A stretch of DNA of 64,000 nucleotides, from assembly GCA_035477595.1 (NCBI GenBank), contig DATIKM010000046.1, positions 19,171 to 83,170 of the forward strand. Direction: 5' to 3'. Both the position numbers and the translations under genes were made by a program. Positions 1 through 9,692 of this stretch are shown here, piece after piece (position 1 is the first letter of the stretch; the number at the start of each line of letters is the position of its first letter). Origin of the DNA: Chthonomonadales bacterium. GTDB lineage: Bacteria > Armatimonadota > Chthonomonadetes > Chthonomonadales > CAJBBX01. The notes below the pieces were generated by a model. The model saw nothing but the letters and a program-made list of their open reading frames with translations. It was not told the origin of the DNA and did no database searches.

Positions 1-415
1 GCTGACTGCGTTCGCGCAGACGTTCATCGCCGTCATGTTCCTGCTCGGCGCGGCCATGGCGTTCGCGGTGGTCTACACGGTGACCGACATCGTGCTCTGG
101 GAGCGCACCCGGGAGCTGGCGACACTGCGCACCATGGGCTACGACATGGGGGGCGTCGCGCGGCTGGTGACCCTCGAGAACCTGCAGGTTGCCACTCTGG
201 GCATCGCGATCGCGATCTACCCGGCGCTGGCGGCGGCGCAGTGGATGCTCGACGCGAGCAGCACCGAGGGGTTCACCATGCTGCTGGTAACAGGGCCCGG
301 CACCTACCTGCAGGCAACCGTCGGCACGCTGGCGGTGGTGGTTCTGGCGCAATGGCCGGGCCTGCGCCGGATCCGGCGACTCGACCTCGCCGAGGCCATC
401 CGACTGAGGGAGTAG
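1..415 (+). CDS. ABC transporter permease, FtsX/MacB family, C-terminal fragment (5' end outside window)
   Basis: The frame is open to the window edge. ...LWERTRELATLRTMGY... and the C-terminal ...LDLAEAIRLRE tail are typical of FtsX-type permeases. Confidence 0.75.
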   Translation, partial: LTAFAQTFIAVMFLLGAAMAFAVVYTVTDIVLWERTRELATLRTMGYDMGGVARLVTLENLQVATLGIAIAIYPALAAAQWMLDASSTEGFTMLLVTGPGTYLQATVGTLAVVVLAQWPGLRRIRRLDLAEAIRLRE

Positions 416-455
416 CACGCACCCGCGCGCACAGCGCTCCGATCCGTGACCGCCG

Positions 456-1445
456 CTAGCGCCGGAGGCTTCCGACCACGCCGGGCACACCTTCCGGGCA
501 GAGGAACTCGAGCGCCGCGCCGTACAGCCATGCGGAGACGGCCAGCCCGGAACCCGGCGGAGGCGTCACCAGCAGGCGCGGCCGCGCGGGCCACGACGGC
601 AGGCGGGCGAGCCCCGCAGCCAGTGGCGCGGATTCCGGGACGGACGATCGGCTTGCTCCGCGCGCGAGGTCATCGGAGTGCACCGCCAGCGGAAGCTCCA
701 CTCTGAGCGTCCGCGGCACACCACGCTCCTCACCGGCCTGCTCGGCGAGGAGCGCGTGGAGGCGCTGGCCCACCGACAGCAGCAGCCGGCGAGCGGCCTC
801 GCGCACGGCGGCGGACGCGCCGCGCACCTCAAGCTCGGGCAGGCCCAGACGGGAGAGACCGGCGGTGTGCGCCGCGATGCGTCGGTCTCTGTCGGCCCTC
901 AGTCGCACGGACACCACATCCCCCAGAGCGAAGGCCTCCGGCTCCACCAGAGCGGTCTCGCCCGGCGTCAGCGCCCGACGCGCCGTCACGTCCACCACCA
1001 GCGCGTCCAACTCCTGCGCGGCGCGGCGCGCGCAGGCAGCGCCGAGGAGCGCGCCGAAGGGCGGCATGCCCGGCGCGTCCACGGCGCGGAGCCATGCCAC
1101 CCGCGTCGCCGAGGCAGCCCGCCTGGACCCAGCCTCCTCCAGCCGGCAGGGCCATAGCGACGCCCGCAACGCAACCTCAATCGCCGGGCGCCGCCGATCG
1201 ATCCGCACCCTCAGCAGCTTCGCGTCGAGGTAGCGCCCCAGCCACGCGCGGCCCGCGCCGGGAGGCATCGCCTCGACGGCGGCCGCCGCATGGTACAGCA
1301 GGGATGCGCCGGAGGGCGGGTCGCCTTCGTCGCGCCAGAGCAGCACCCAGCGCGACTCGCATGCCCGAGGAACCCTCAGGTCCAGCGAGGCGCGGCGCGG
1401 CTCGGCAGACCGCCCCGGGAAGAGCCGACGACCGGCTGCTCTCAC
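456..1445 (-). CDS. hypothetical protein, shorter paralog of the upstream gene 1442..2770
   Basis: The GTG start at 1445 overlaps the TGA stop (1442-1444) of the upstream gene (GTGA). The block AVDAPGMPPFGALLGAACARRAA...HTAGLSRLGLPELEVRG parallels AVDAPGMAPVGAACARQAA...TTLGMRKFGLPDLEVRD in the neighbour. No family recognised with certainty. Confidence 0.6.
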   Translation of the reverse strand: MRAAGRRLFPGRSAEPRRASLDLRVPRACESRWVLLWRDEGDPPSGASLLYHAAAAVEAMPPGAGRAWLGRYLDAKLLRVRIDRRRPAIEVALRASLWPCRLEEAGSRRAASATRVAWLRAVDAPGMPPFGALLGAACARRAAQELDALVVDVTARRALTPGETALVEPEAFALGDVVSVRLRADRDRRIAAHTAGLSRLGLPELEVRGASAAVREAARRLLLSVGQRLHALLAEQAGEERGVPRTLRVELPLAVHSDDLARGASRSSVPESAPLAAGLARLPSWPARPRLLVTPPPGSGLAVSAWLYGAALEFLCPEGVPGVVGSLRR

Positions 1446-2770
1446 AGTGGCGAGTCCTCGTCCGGCTCGCCCTCCTCCGCCAGAGCCCGTTGCGTGAATG
1501 CGCCCTCGACAGTACCGTCCGGGCGGGCGATCATCCAGTCGTACACGTTGTCCTCGGAGATCGCCACGGACTGCCCCGCACGGAGGTCATGCCGGTTCGC
1601 CGGCGTGTTGGAGAGGCGACCGCGCACGGTCCCTCCGGCCCACTGCGTCACGCCTATCCACATGAACTCGCTGAGCTCCTCGCTCACGGGGAAGCCGTGC
1701 TTCACGTAGAGGGTGTGCCCGGCGGGCAGGCCCAGGCGGAAGCGCCGGGCCACGTCGGCCAGCGTCGCACGAGCTCGCGCGTGCGCATCCGCCATCGCTT
1801 CGCTCCCGGAAGTGACGCGCATAGTCGGGTCCGCCCCGCCGCACAGGTCGTCGAGCGCCGCATAGAGCCATTCCCCGTGCGATCGCCGGCTCGGGTGCGG
1901 CGCCTCGATGCGAAGGAAGTCGTCGTAGCCGCCCCGGCCCGGTCGGAACGACAGCGCGACTTCGGTCCACCCCCGGGCGCCCTCGGGCGGCGGCTCGTTC
2001 TCGTTGCCGCCGCGGGCGCGTACCCCATCGCCATACCGAACACGGAGCGTGGGAGAGAGGCGTAACACCGAGATCTCTCCGCCCGCCTGGTCGCCCTGCT
2101 CCGACAGGGTCACGATCAGCCTGCGCGCCGTGCTGTTGACGAGCCACGCGATCTGGGTGCAGAGCCCGGGCGGCACGTCGCGGACCTCCAGGTCCGGCAA
2201 GCCGAACTTGCGCATCCCCAGCGTGGTCGCCCAGCCGAGGCCGCGCCGGTCGACGGAGACGAGCACGGCAATCTCGCGGATGAGTTTGAGGGGCTGCTCG
2301 TGGTCGAGGGGTTCCGCGTACCGGTCAATCGGCACGATGCGGCGACACGCGACGTCCAGGACCACGCCCCGCAGCCTCTCCGCGGCCACAAACGCCGCCT
2401 GGCGCGCGCATGCAGCTCCCACCGGCGCCATCCCGGGCGCGTCGACCGCGCGGGCGACGATGGCGTGCGTAGCGGCCTCCAGGCGCCGCTCTTCCAGCTC
2501 GCCGAGCGGGCGCAGATGGTCGATCGGAGGCAGCTCAGACCCGTCGGTCAGCGGCTCCACGTCGACCTGCAGGAAGTTGTCGTCGATGTAGCCCTCCGTG
2601 ATCTCTCGCACGGGGCTGTGTGGAAGAGTCTCCAGGTCGGCCTTGAGCCAGTCGACGACGTCCTGGGCGGCGGGCGGCTCATCGGGGCACCGGAAGAGAC
2701 ACACGAACACGATGTGGATCGCCTCGGGGACCGGGACCACCAGCTGGCGCTTGCGCTGGAAGGGGGGCAT
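1442..2770 (-). CDS. hypothetical protein with C-terminal DUF2314-like domain
   Basis: ATG at 2770 is preceded by GGAGG about 8 nt upstream. The 841-aa track ORF is an artefactual extension. The C-terminus YVKHGFPVSEELSEFMWIGVTQW...GRLSNTPANRHDLRAGQSVAISEDNVYDWM resembles DUF2314. It lies 20 nt downstream of the GH95 stop on the same strand. Confidence 0.7.
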   Translation of the reverse strand: MPPFQRKRQLVVPVPEAIHIVFVCLFRCPDEPPAAQDVVDWLKADLETLPHSPVREITEGYIDDNFLQVDVEPLTDGSELPPIDHLRPLGELEERRLEAATHAIVARAVDAPGMAPVGAACARQAAFVAAERLRGVVLDVACRRIVPIDRYAEPLDHEQPLKLIREIAVLVSVDRRGLGWATTLGMRKFGLPDLEVRDVPPGLCTQIAWLVNSTARRLIVTLSEQGDQAGGEISVLRLSPTLRVRYGDGVRARGGNENEPPPEGARGWTEVALSFRPGRGGYDDFLRIEAPHPSRRSHGEWLYAALDDLCGGADPTMRVTSGSEAMADAHARARATLADVARRFRLGLPAGHTLYVKHGFPVSEELSEFMWIGVTQWAGGTVRGRLSNTPANRHDLRAGQSVAISEDNVYDWMIARPDGTVEGAFTQRALAEEGEPDEDSPL

Positions 2771-2790
2771 GGCACTGCCTCCGTCGCGGA

Positions 2791-5223
2791 TCAGCGCGGC
2801 CTGAGCTCGTAGCGCGCGCCACGCGCCGCCTGGAACTCGATGTCGCCGTCCTGCACCACGCGAGCGGCCACCTCCACGCCGTTGCGCAGGACGCGCAGCG
2901 GCACAGCGGAGCGCACCCGACAGACCCCGCTGCGGCGCGCCAGAATGCGCGCATCCGTCACGCGGCCCCCGCTCCAGGCGACGTCCACCTCGAAAGCGCC
3001 TCGCGCTCGCAGTCCGGTGACACGTCCGGAGGGCCACGCAGCGGGAAGCGCAGGCAGTAGATGGACCGCGCCCGCATGGGACTGCAGCAGCATCTCCGCG
3101 ATGCCCGCGCCAGCCCCGAAGTTGGCGTCGATCTGGAAAGGCGGGTGGTTGCCGAACAGGTTCGGCAGAATCGACTGCGCCAGCAGGGCGCAGAGGTGCT
3201 CGTGGGCGAGGTCTCCGTCGCCGAGGCGGGCAAAGAAGTTCACCACCCAGGCGCGGCTCCACCCGGTGTGGCCGCCTCCGGCCGCCAACCGCCGCGTGAG
3301 CGACACCCGCGCGGCCCGCGCCAGGTCGGGCGTGCCGGAGGGCGTGATCTGGTCGCCGGGGTGCAGCGCGTAGAGGTGCGACATGTGGCGGTGACCCGGC
3401 TCCGGCTCGTCGTAGTCCTCCTGCCACTCCTGCAACTGGCCGTGCCGACCGATCCTCGTCGGCGGCAGCCGCGGCAGCGCGGCAGCGATCTCGGCGAGGA
3501 GCGGAGCGTCGCGGTTCAGGATGCCGCCCGCAGCGAGGCAGTGGCGGAACAGCTCCCGGATTATCTGAATGTCCATCGCCGGACCCGCGCATACCGAGGC
3601 GACCTGGCCGTCGGGGGTGCGGAAGCTGTTCTCCGGCGAGTTGGAGGGGGCCGTGACCAGGTAGCCGGTGCGCGGGTCCGTGACCAGGAAGTCCAGATAG
3701 AAGCGCGCCGCGTCGCGCATGGCGGGCCAGCCGCGCTCGAGCAGCCGGCGGTCGCCGCTGAACGCGTACCGCTCCCAGAGGTGACGGCAGAGCCAGCCCG
3801 CCGCGGCGGGGAACTGGCCCCACGACGGGTGCTCGCCGGGGCTGGTGAACCCCCACACGTTCGTGATGGTGTGCACCACCCAGCCCCGCGCGCCGTAGTG
3901 CACGCGCGCCGTGCGGGCGCCGGGCTCGCGCAGCGAGTCTATGAAGTCCGCGAGCGGCTCGTGACACTCGGCAAGGTTGGCGACCTCAGCGTGCCAGTAG
4001 TTCATCTGCACGTTGATGTTCGTGTGGTAGTCGCAGTTCCACGGAGTCTGGACGCCCTCCGCCCACACGCCCTGCAGGTGCGCCGGCAGGTCGCCGGGGC
4101 GCGAGCTGGCGATGAGCAGGTAGCGAGCGTACTGGAAGAGGAGCGCGTGGAGCGCGGGGTCGGCATCCCCGCGGCGGGCGGCTGCGAGGCGCTCATCGGT
4201 GGGAAGGTCGGCCGCCGGGGTGCGCCCCAAGTCGATGGAGACGCGCCGGAAGAGCCGGCGGTGGTCGGCCACGTGGGCGCGACGCAGAGCCGCGTAGGAC
4301 CTCGCGAACGCGGCGCGCAGGTCGGACTCCGAGGCCGCCTCCGGGTCGCCGCCGCGCCAGTCGGTCCGCGCAGCGAGGAGGAGTGTGGCAGCGCGCGCGC
4401 CCGTCACGCGGACCTCGCCGTCCCGCGACTCGATGCTTCCGCCCTCCACGCGCACACGCAGCCGAGCCGCGAAGCGCATGCCGGGCTCGCCGTGCATGCG
4501 GCCGGACATCACCAGGCCATCCCGGCCGTGGGAGCGGACGGTGGCGCGCTCGATGCGGGCGAGCCGGGCGCAGAAGGAGAGAGCGCCGGGCCGGTTGGTC
4601 TCGACGCGCGCCACGATGACCTGCGCCGGGTGGCTCGCGAAGACCTCGCGGGTGTGGCGGACGCCGCCGGCCTCGAACGTCACGCGCGCGACCGCGCTGT
4701 CCAGATCGAGCTCCCGGCGATAGGCGGAGGGAGCGCCGAGACCCTCGAAGTCGATGTCCAGATCGCCCAAGGTCTGCGCGCAGCCAAAGGCCACCTCGGC
4801 TCCGTTGCCATGGCCGCTGCCGGGCCCGCGGCACACCAGCTTCTCGAAGGTGAGGCGCTGCGCCTCGACATAGCGGCCCTCGAAGAGCAGGCGCCGTATC
4901 TCGGGCAGCCAGCGGAGCGCGTCCGGGTTGTCGGCGTCCTGCCGGTTGCCCGACCAGAGCGACTTCTCGTTGAGCTGCAGGCGCTCGCGGGCGACGCCGC
5001 CGAACACCATGGCGCCCAGCCGGCTGCACCCTACGGGCAGCGCGCGCGCCCACCCCGGCGGCGTCTGCCACGTGACGCGCGGGCGCGGCTCGTCGAGCGG
5101 GGCGGGCTCGCGGTACCAGAGCGTGAGATCGCCCGCGACGGAGGGCGAAGCGGCGGCGAGCGTGGCGACCACGATGGAGACCCTCCAGGCGGTGGTGAGG
5201 AGATCAGGGGCGGTGAGGCGCAT
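2791..5223 (-). CDS. glycoside hydrolase family 95 (alpha-L-fucosidase / alpha-L-galactosidase type), secreted
   Basis: ATG at 5223 has an AAGGAGGA SD. The N-terminus MRLTAPDLLTTAWRVSIVVATLAAASPSVAG is signal-like. Blocks LWYREPA, LGAMVFGG..RERLQLNEKSLWSG and PWNCDYHTNINVQMNYWHAE are typical of GH95. Confidence 0.85.
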   Translation of the reverse strand: MRLTAPDLLTTAWRVSIVVATLAAASPSVAGDLTLWYREPAPLDEPRPRVTWQTPPGWARALPVGCSRLGAMVFGGVARERLQLNEKSLWSGNRQDADNPDALRWLPEIRRLLFEGRYVEAQRLTFEKLVCRGPGSGHGNGAEVAFGCAQTLGDLDIDFEGLGAPSAYRRELDLDSAVARVTFEAGGVRHTREVFASHPAQVIVARVETNRPGALSFCARLARIERATVRSHGRDGLVMSGRMHGEPGMRFAARLRVRVEGGSIESRDGEVRVTGARAATLLLAARTDWRGGDPEAASESDLRAAFARSYAALRRAHVADHRRLFRRVSIDLGRTPAADLPTDERLAAARRGDADPALHALLFQYARYLLIASSRPGDLPAHLQGVWAEGVQTPWNCDYHTNINVQMNYWHAEVANLAECHEPLADFIDSLREPGARTARVHYGARGWVVHTITNVWGFTSPGEHPSWGQFPAAAGWLCRHLWERYAFSGDRRLLERGWPAMRDAARFYLDFLVTDPRTGYLVTAPSNSPENSFRTPDGQVASVCAGPAMDIQIIRELFRHCLAAGGILNRDAPLLAEIAAALPRLPPTRIGRHGQLQEWQEDYDEPEPGHRHMSHLYALHPGDQITPSGTPDLARAARVSLTRRLAAGGGHTGWSRAWVVNFFARLGDGDLAHEHLCALLAQSILPNLFGNHPPFQIDANFGAGAGIAEMLLQSHAGAVHLLPALPAAWPSGRVTGLRARGAFEVDVAWSGGRVTDARILARRSGVCRVRSAVPLRVLRNGVEVAARVVQDGDIEFQAARGARYELRPR

Positions 5224-5257
5224 CGGGGGGCGTCCTCCTTGGGCGGGCGGTGGCGCC

Positions 5258-5287
5258 ATTGTAGCGGTGTGGCGGGCCTGGGGGCAA
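5258..5287 (-). promoter_or_regulatory. sigma70-like promoter for GH95 operon (TTGCCC-N18-TACAAT on minus strand)
   Basis: Reverse complement of 5282-5287 is TTGCCC and of 5258-5263 is TACAAT. The spacer is 18 nt. The -10 box lies about 35 nt upstream of ATG 5223. Confidence 0.45.
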
Positions 5288-5509
5288 GTGGGGGTCTGGT
5301 GAGCGGAGAGACGAGCCGGCGGAGGGACGGGAGTGACCCGACGCCCAATGCCGCGGGCGGGCAATGCGACTAAGGCCGCATCCGCATACCGCCGACGGTG
5401 GCGCCTCCCGCTCCTCGATAGCTTCTGGCGCGGCAGGTTCGCAGTGGGTGGCGCATGCGCAGTCTTACCAGTGCGACCTTCCAGTGGCAGATCGCGGCGG
5501 GAGATCCTC

Positions 5510-5827
5510 GTGCTGGACGCCCTGCGGGCTGCGCCCGGGACGTGGGTGATCTGCTACTGGAGGTACAGGTCGGGCCGCAAGGTATATTGCGTGCTATCCG
5601 GCGCTGCGGGCGAGGCGGAACTCGAGGTGAGGCACGCGCGCTACGTTGCCGCCGACCTGCACGCCTTTCGCGAGCCCTTCCAGCGAGGGCGCAACTGGCT
5701 GGTCCGCCCCCCACGGGATGGAGCCCTGGCGGAGGGCTTGGGGGATCTCATCATGGATGTGGCCGACGCCGCAGGCGTGCTCACGCATCGTGCCAGCGCG
5801 ACAAGCAGAGGGAGCTTCAAGCCATGA
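5510..5827 (+). CDS. small hypothetical protein (~105 aa), translationally coupled to the downstream gene
   Basis: Part of track ORF 5333..5827. From about 5510, third-codon positions are about 80% G/C while second positions are mixed. GTG at 5510 is preceded by GGGAG. Its TGA (5825-5827) overlaps ATG 5824 of the next gene (ATGA). No family recognised; the start is uncertain. Confidence 0.5.
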   Translation: MLDALRAAPGTWVICYWRYRSGRKVYCVLSGAAGEAELEVRHARYVAADLHAFREPFQRGRNWLVRPPRDGALAEGLGDLIMDVADAAGVLTHRASATSRGSFKP

Positions 5828-7206
5828 CAGAGAGCAACAGTCGCCTGACCGCCTCGCTCTGCTTCGACGTGGAGGACATCGTCGCGCCGGAGGCCGACGA
5901 CGCCGCGCTCTGGATGGCCGAGGAGCTGCGCGCCCACGGGCTCCGGGGCTCCTTCTTCGTGATGGGGGAGCTCGCACGGCGATGGGAGCGGCGCGGCCGT
6001 CGCGACGTCATCGAGGCGGTCCGGCGCCACGCCGTGGGCTACCACTCCACCTGGCACTCGGTCCGGCCCACCACCACCGAGACCCTTCTCGACCTCGACT
6101 TCGCCGCCGGGATCGAGGCCATGCGAGCGCGGGACGGCGCCGGATGGGCCGAGACCGAGCGCATCCTCGGCGTTCCGCTCCTCGGTTGGGGGCGGACCGG
6201 CAACTCCTGGGGGCCCTCGGTGCACGGCCTGATGGCTGAGGTCGGGCGTGCCTACGTCTACAGCCCAGTTGAGGCCGCGGGCGCCGACGTCTGGTGGTAC
6301 GGCGGAAGCCTGAGCTTCGCGGGTGCGCTCGCCGGCGGGTTCGATGAGGACCTTCGCGACGACGACGCCTTCGAGCGCCGACTTGCCGAGACCGACCGGG
6401 TACTCCGTGCCGTCCACGCCGAACGCGATCCCGGGCAACGCTGGGTCTGCTTCTTCGTGTGCCACCCAACCCGCGCCGTGCACGACGCCTTCTGGGACGC
6501 GGTGAACTTCGCGCGCGGCGCCTGCCCGCCCGAGCCGGAGTGGCGCCCGGCGCCCGCGCTCCGGCCCGACCTGCTTCCGGTGGTGAAGCGCAACTTCGCG
6601 CGGCTCTGTGCGTGGGTACGGGAGCACCCTCTGCTCGACGCGGTTGGCTGGGACGAGGCGATCCGCCGATTCAGCGGGCAGCGCGCGCTCGTCACGCGGG
6701 AGGAGGCCCTCGCGATAGCCAAACGCGTTGCGCGGGAGCGGCGACTGACGTGGGGCGACGGGCTGAGCGCGGCGGAGACGCTGCTCCTCCTGGCGGAGGC
6801 GGTCCTGAGCGGCGATGGGCCTTTCGCCCGACGGGACGTCCGTGGCCCGCTCCGCGCGCCGCCCCGCTGGAGCGGCGGGCGCCTCCCGCAGGAGGCGCTG
6901 CGGCAGGCGGCAGGCGCCCTCCTCGCCACGCGGCCCGGCGCCTGCCTGCCGGAGGCCGTTCAGACGCAGGTCGGCGTCGTCGGCATCGGCACGCTGCTCG
7001 TGGCGTTCGGGGACCACCTGTGCGACGACCCCGCACCGGAGGGCGTCGTCGGGGAGCCCTGGCCCACGGAGGCAGAGGCGATCGGCGCGGCGGTGGAGCG
7101 CGCCATCCCGGAGTGGATCGTGCACCCCACCGACTTCGACCTGACGAACCTGATCGAGCAGACGCGCCTGCAGTGCTGGACGCTGAAGCCCGCGCTGGGG
7201 GAGTGA
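5824..7206 (+). CDS. hypothetical protein, possibly polysaccharide-deacetylase-like fold
   Basis: ATG at 5824. The N-terminus ...LTASLCFDVEDIVAPEADDAALWMAEELRAHGLRGSFFVMG...HAVGYHSTWH loosely recalls NodB/CE4-type or related deacetylase folds. The functional call is weak. Confidence 0.7.
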   Translation: MTESNSRLTASLCFDVEDIVAPEADDAALWMAEELRAHGLRGSFFVMGELARRWERRGRRDVIEAVRRHAVGYHSTWHSVRPTTTETLLDLDFAAGIEAMRARDGAGWAETERILGVPLLGWGRTGNSWGPSVHGLMAEVGRAYVYSPVEAAGADVWWYGGSLSFAGALAGGFDEDLRDDDAFERRLAETDRVLRAVHAERDPGQRWVCFFVCHPTRAVHDAFWDAVNFARGACPPEPEWRPAPALRPDLLPVVKRNFARLCAWVREHPLLDAVGWDEAIRRFSGQRALVTREEALAIAKRVARERRLTWGDGLSAAETLLLLAEAVLSGDGPFARRDVRGPLRAPPRWSGGRLPQEALRQAAGALLATRPGACLPEAVQTQVGVVGIGTLLVAFGDHLCDDPAPEGVVGEPWPTEAEAIGAAVERAIPEWIVHPTDFDLTNLIEQTRLQCWTLKPALGE

Positions 7207-7214
7207 CCGCGCCG

Positions 7215-8177
7215 TTACGCTCCCCGCGCGTCGGCCAGCGCGCGCAGCGCGTGCAGAAGCGCGGTCATCGCCGCGGGGAGCGGGGCCTCGAAACGGAGCC
7301 GCTCGCCGGTGCGCGGATGGTCGAACGCCAGCTCCCGCGCGTGGAGCGCCTGCCCGCCGAGGGCCTCCGCCGCCTCCGCCGCGCGCGCTGCCGGGCCGCC
7401 GCGGCGCGCGCCCGGGAAGCGCCGCTCTCCGCCATAGAGCGGGTCACCCACCACCGGGTGCCCTATGTGCGCGCAGTGCACCCGAATCTGGTGCGTGCGG
7501 CCCGTGCGCAGCCGCGCCTCCAACAGCGCGCATGGGCCCAGCCGCTCCAGAACGCGCAGCTCCGTGAACGCCTGCCGCCCGCGGCCGGCCTGCGTCACAA
7601 CCGCCATCTTCTTCCGGTCCGAAGGGTTCCGGCCGATCGGCGCCTCCACCAGCGCTTCCTCGAAGCGCGGCTGGCCCCAGACAGCCGCGACGTAGACGCG
7701 GCGCGCCGTCCGCTCCTGGATTTGCCGCTGCAGGCTGGTAAGGGCGGCGTCGCTCTTGGCCACCACGATCAGCCCGGTGGTATCCTTGTCCAGCCGATGT
7801 ACGATGCCAGGCCGCACCTCGCCGCCGATGCCAGCCAGGTCACTGGCGTGCGCCAGCGCCGCATTGGCCAACGTACCGGACGGGTTGCCGGGCGCCGGGT
7901 GGACCACCATGCCGCGCGGCTTGTCGACCACGAGCACGTCGGCGTCCTCGTAGACCACGCTGAGGGTGATGGGCTCCGGCTCGAGGCGCGCCTCGACGGG
8001 CTCCGGCACGGACGCCTCGACGATCTCGCCGGTCCGCAGGCGACGGCTTGGGCGTGCCGGGGTGCCATCAACCGTTGCCGCGCCCGCCTCCAGCAGGCGG
8101 CGGGCCTCCGTGCGCGACACGCCCAGGCAGCGCGCGACGAAGAGGTCGGCGCGCTCCTGGTCGCTCTCCTGCGGCAC
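7215..8177 (-). CDS. rluD: 23S rRNA pseudouridine synthase, RluA/RluD family
   Basis: S4-like N-terminus (RADLFVARCLGVSRTEARRLLEAGAATVDG), then LVVDKPRGMVVHPAPGN and GIVHRLDKDTTGLIVVAKS motifs. Preferred start is the in-frame GTG at 8177; the track ORF extends to 8372. Confidence 0.85.
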   Translation of the reverse strand: MPQESDQERADLFVARCLGVSRTEARRLLEAGAATVDGTPARPSRRLRTGEIVEASVPEPVEARLEPEPITLSVVYEDADVLVVDKPRGMVVHPAPGNPSGTLANAALAHASDLAGIGGEVRPGIVHRLDKDTTGLIVVAKSDAALTSLQRQIQERTARRVYVAAVWGQPRFEEALVEAPIGRNPSDRKKMAVVTQAGRGRQAFTELRVLERLGPCALLEARLRTGRTHQIRVHCAHIGHPVVGDPLYGGERRFPGARRGGPAARAAEAAEALGGQALHARELAFDHPRTGERLRFEAPLPAAMTALLHALRALADARGA

Positions 8178-8216
8178 GTTCCACCGTCCCGCCGCAGCGC
8201 TGTCGTCCGGCCGTCC

Positions 8217-8246
8217 TTGACGCAAAGTTGAGTTATCCGATATACT
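8217..8246 (+). promoter_or_regulatory. sigma70-like promoter for metY (TTGACG-N18-TATACT)
   Basis: TTGACG at 8217-8222 and TATACT at 8241-8246 sit in the only AT-rich patch of the rluD/metY divergent region. An AGGAGG SD precedes ATG 8291. Confidence 0.6.
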
Positions 8247-8248
8247 AA

Positions 8249-9589
<1,341 letters not shown>

Positions 9590-9612
9590 GCGGCTCCGCG
9601 CAGCGAGACCGC

Positions 9613-9648
9613 GCGCCCCCGCCCGGCCGTGCCAGCGGGCGGGGGCGC
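9613..9648. terminator. GC-rich hairpin between convergent metY and metX (possible bidirectional terminator)
   Basis: Perfect 13-bp stem GCGCCCCCGCCCG / CGGGCGGGGGCGC with a 10-nt loop. There is no U-tract on either side. Confidence 0.45.
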
Positions 9649-9692
9649 ATCCGTCTCGGCCTCCCGCAACGTGTGGCCGAAGTGGCCCGGCG

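Noticed and set aside
2771-3967. N-terminal 399 codons of the 841-aa track ORF 1442..3967
   Set aside because: This part lies antisense within the GH95 gene. A good SD plus ATG at 2770 and the GH95 stop at 2791 define the real start.
3061-5373. 770-aa + strand ORF covering the first GH95 gene
   Set aside because: It is antisense to a gene with clear GH95 motifs. Its product is Arg/Ala/Gly/Pro-rich low-complexity sequence typical of GC-rich shadow frames.
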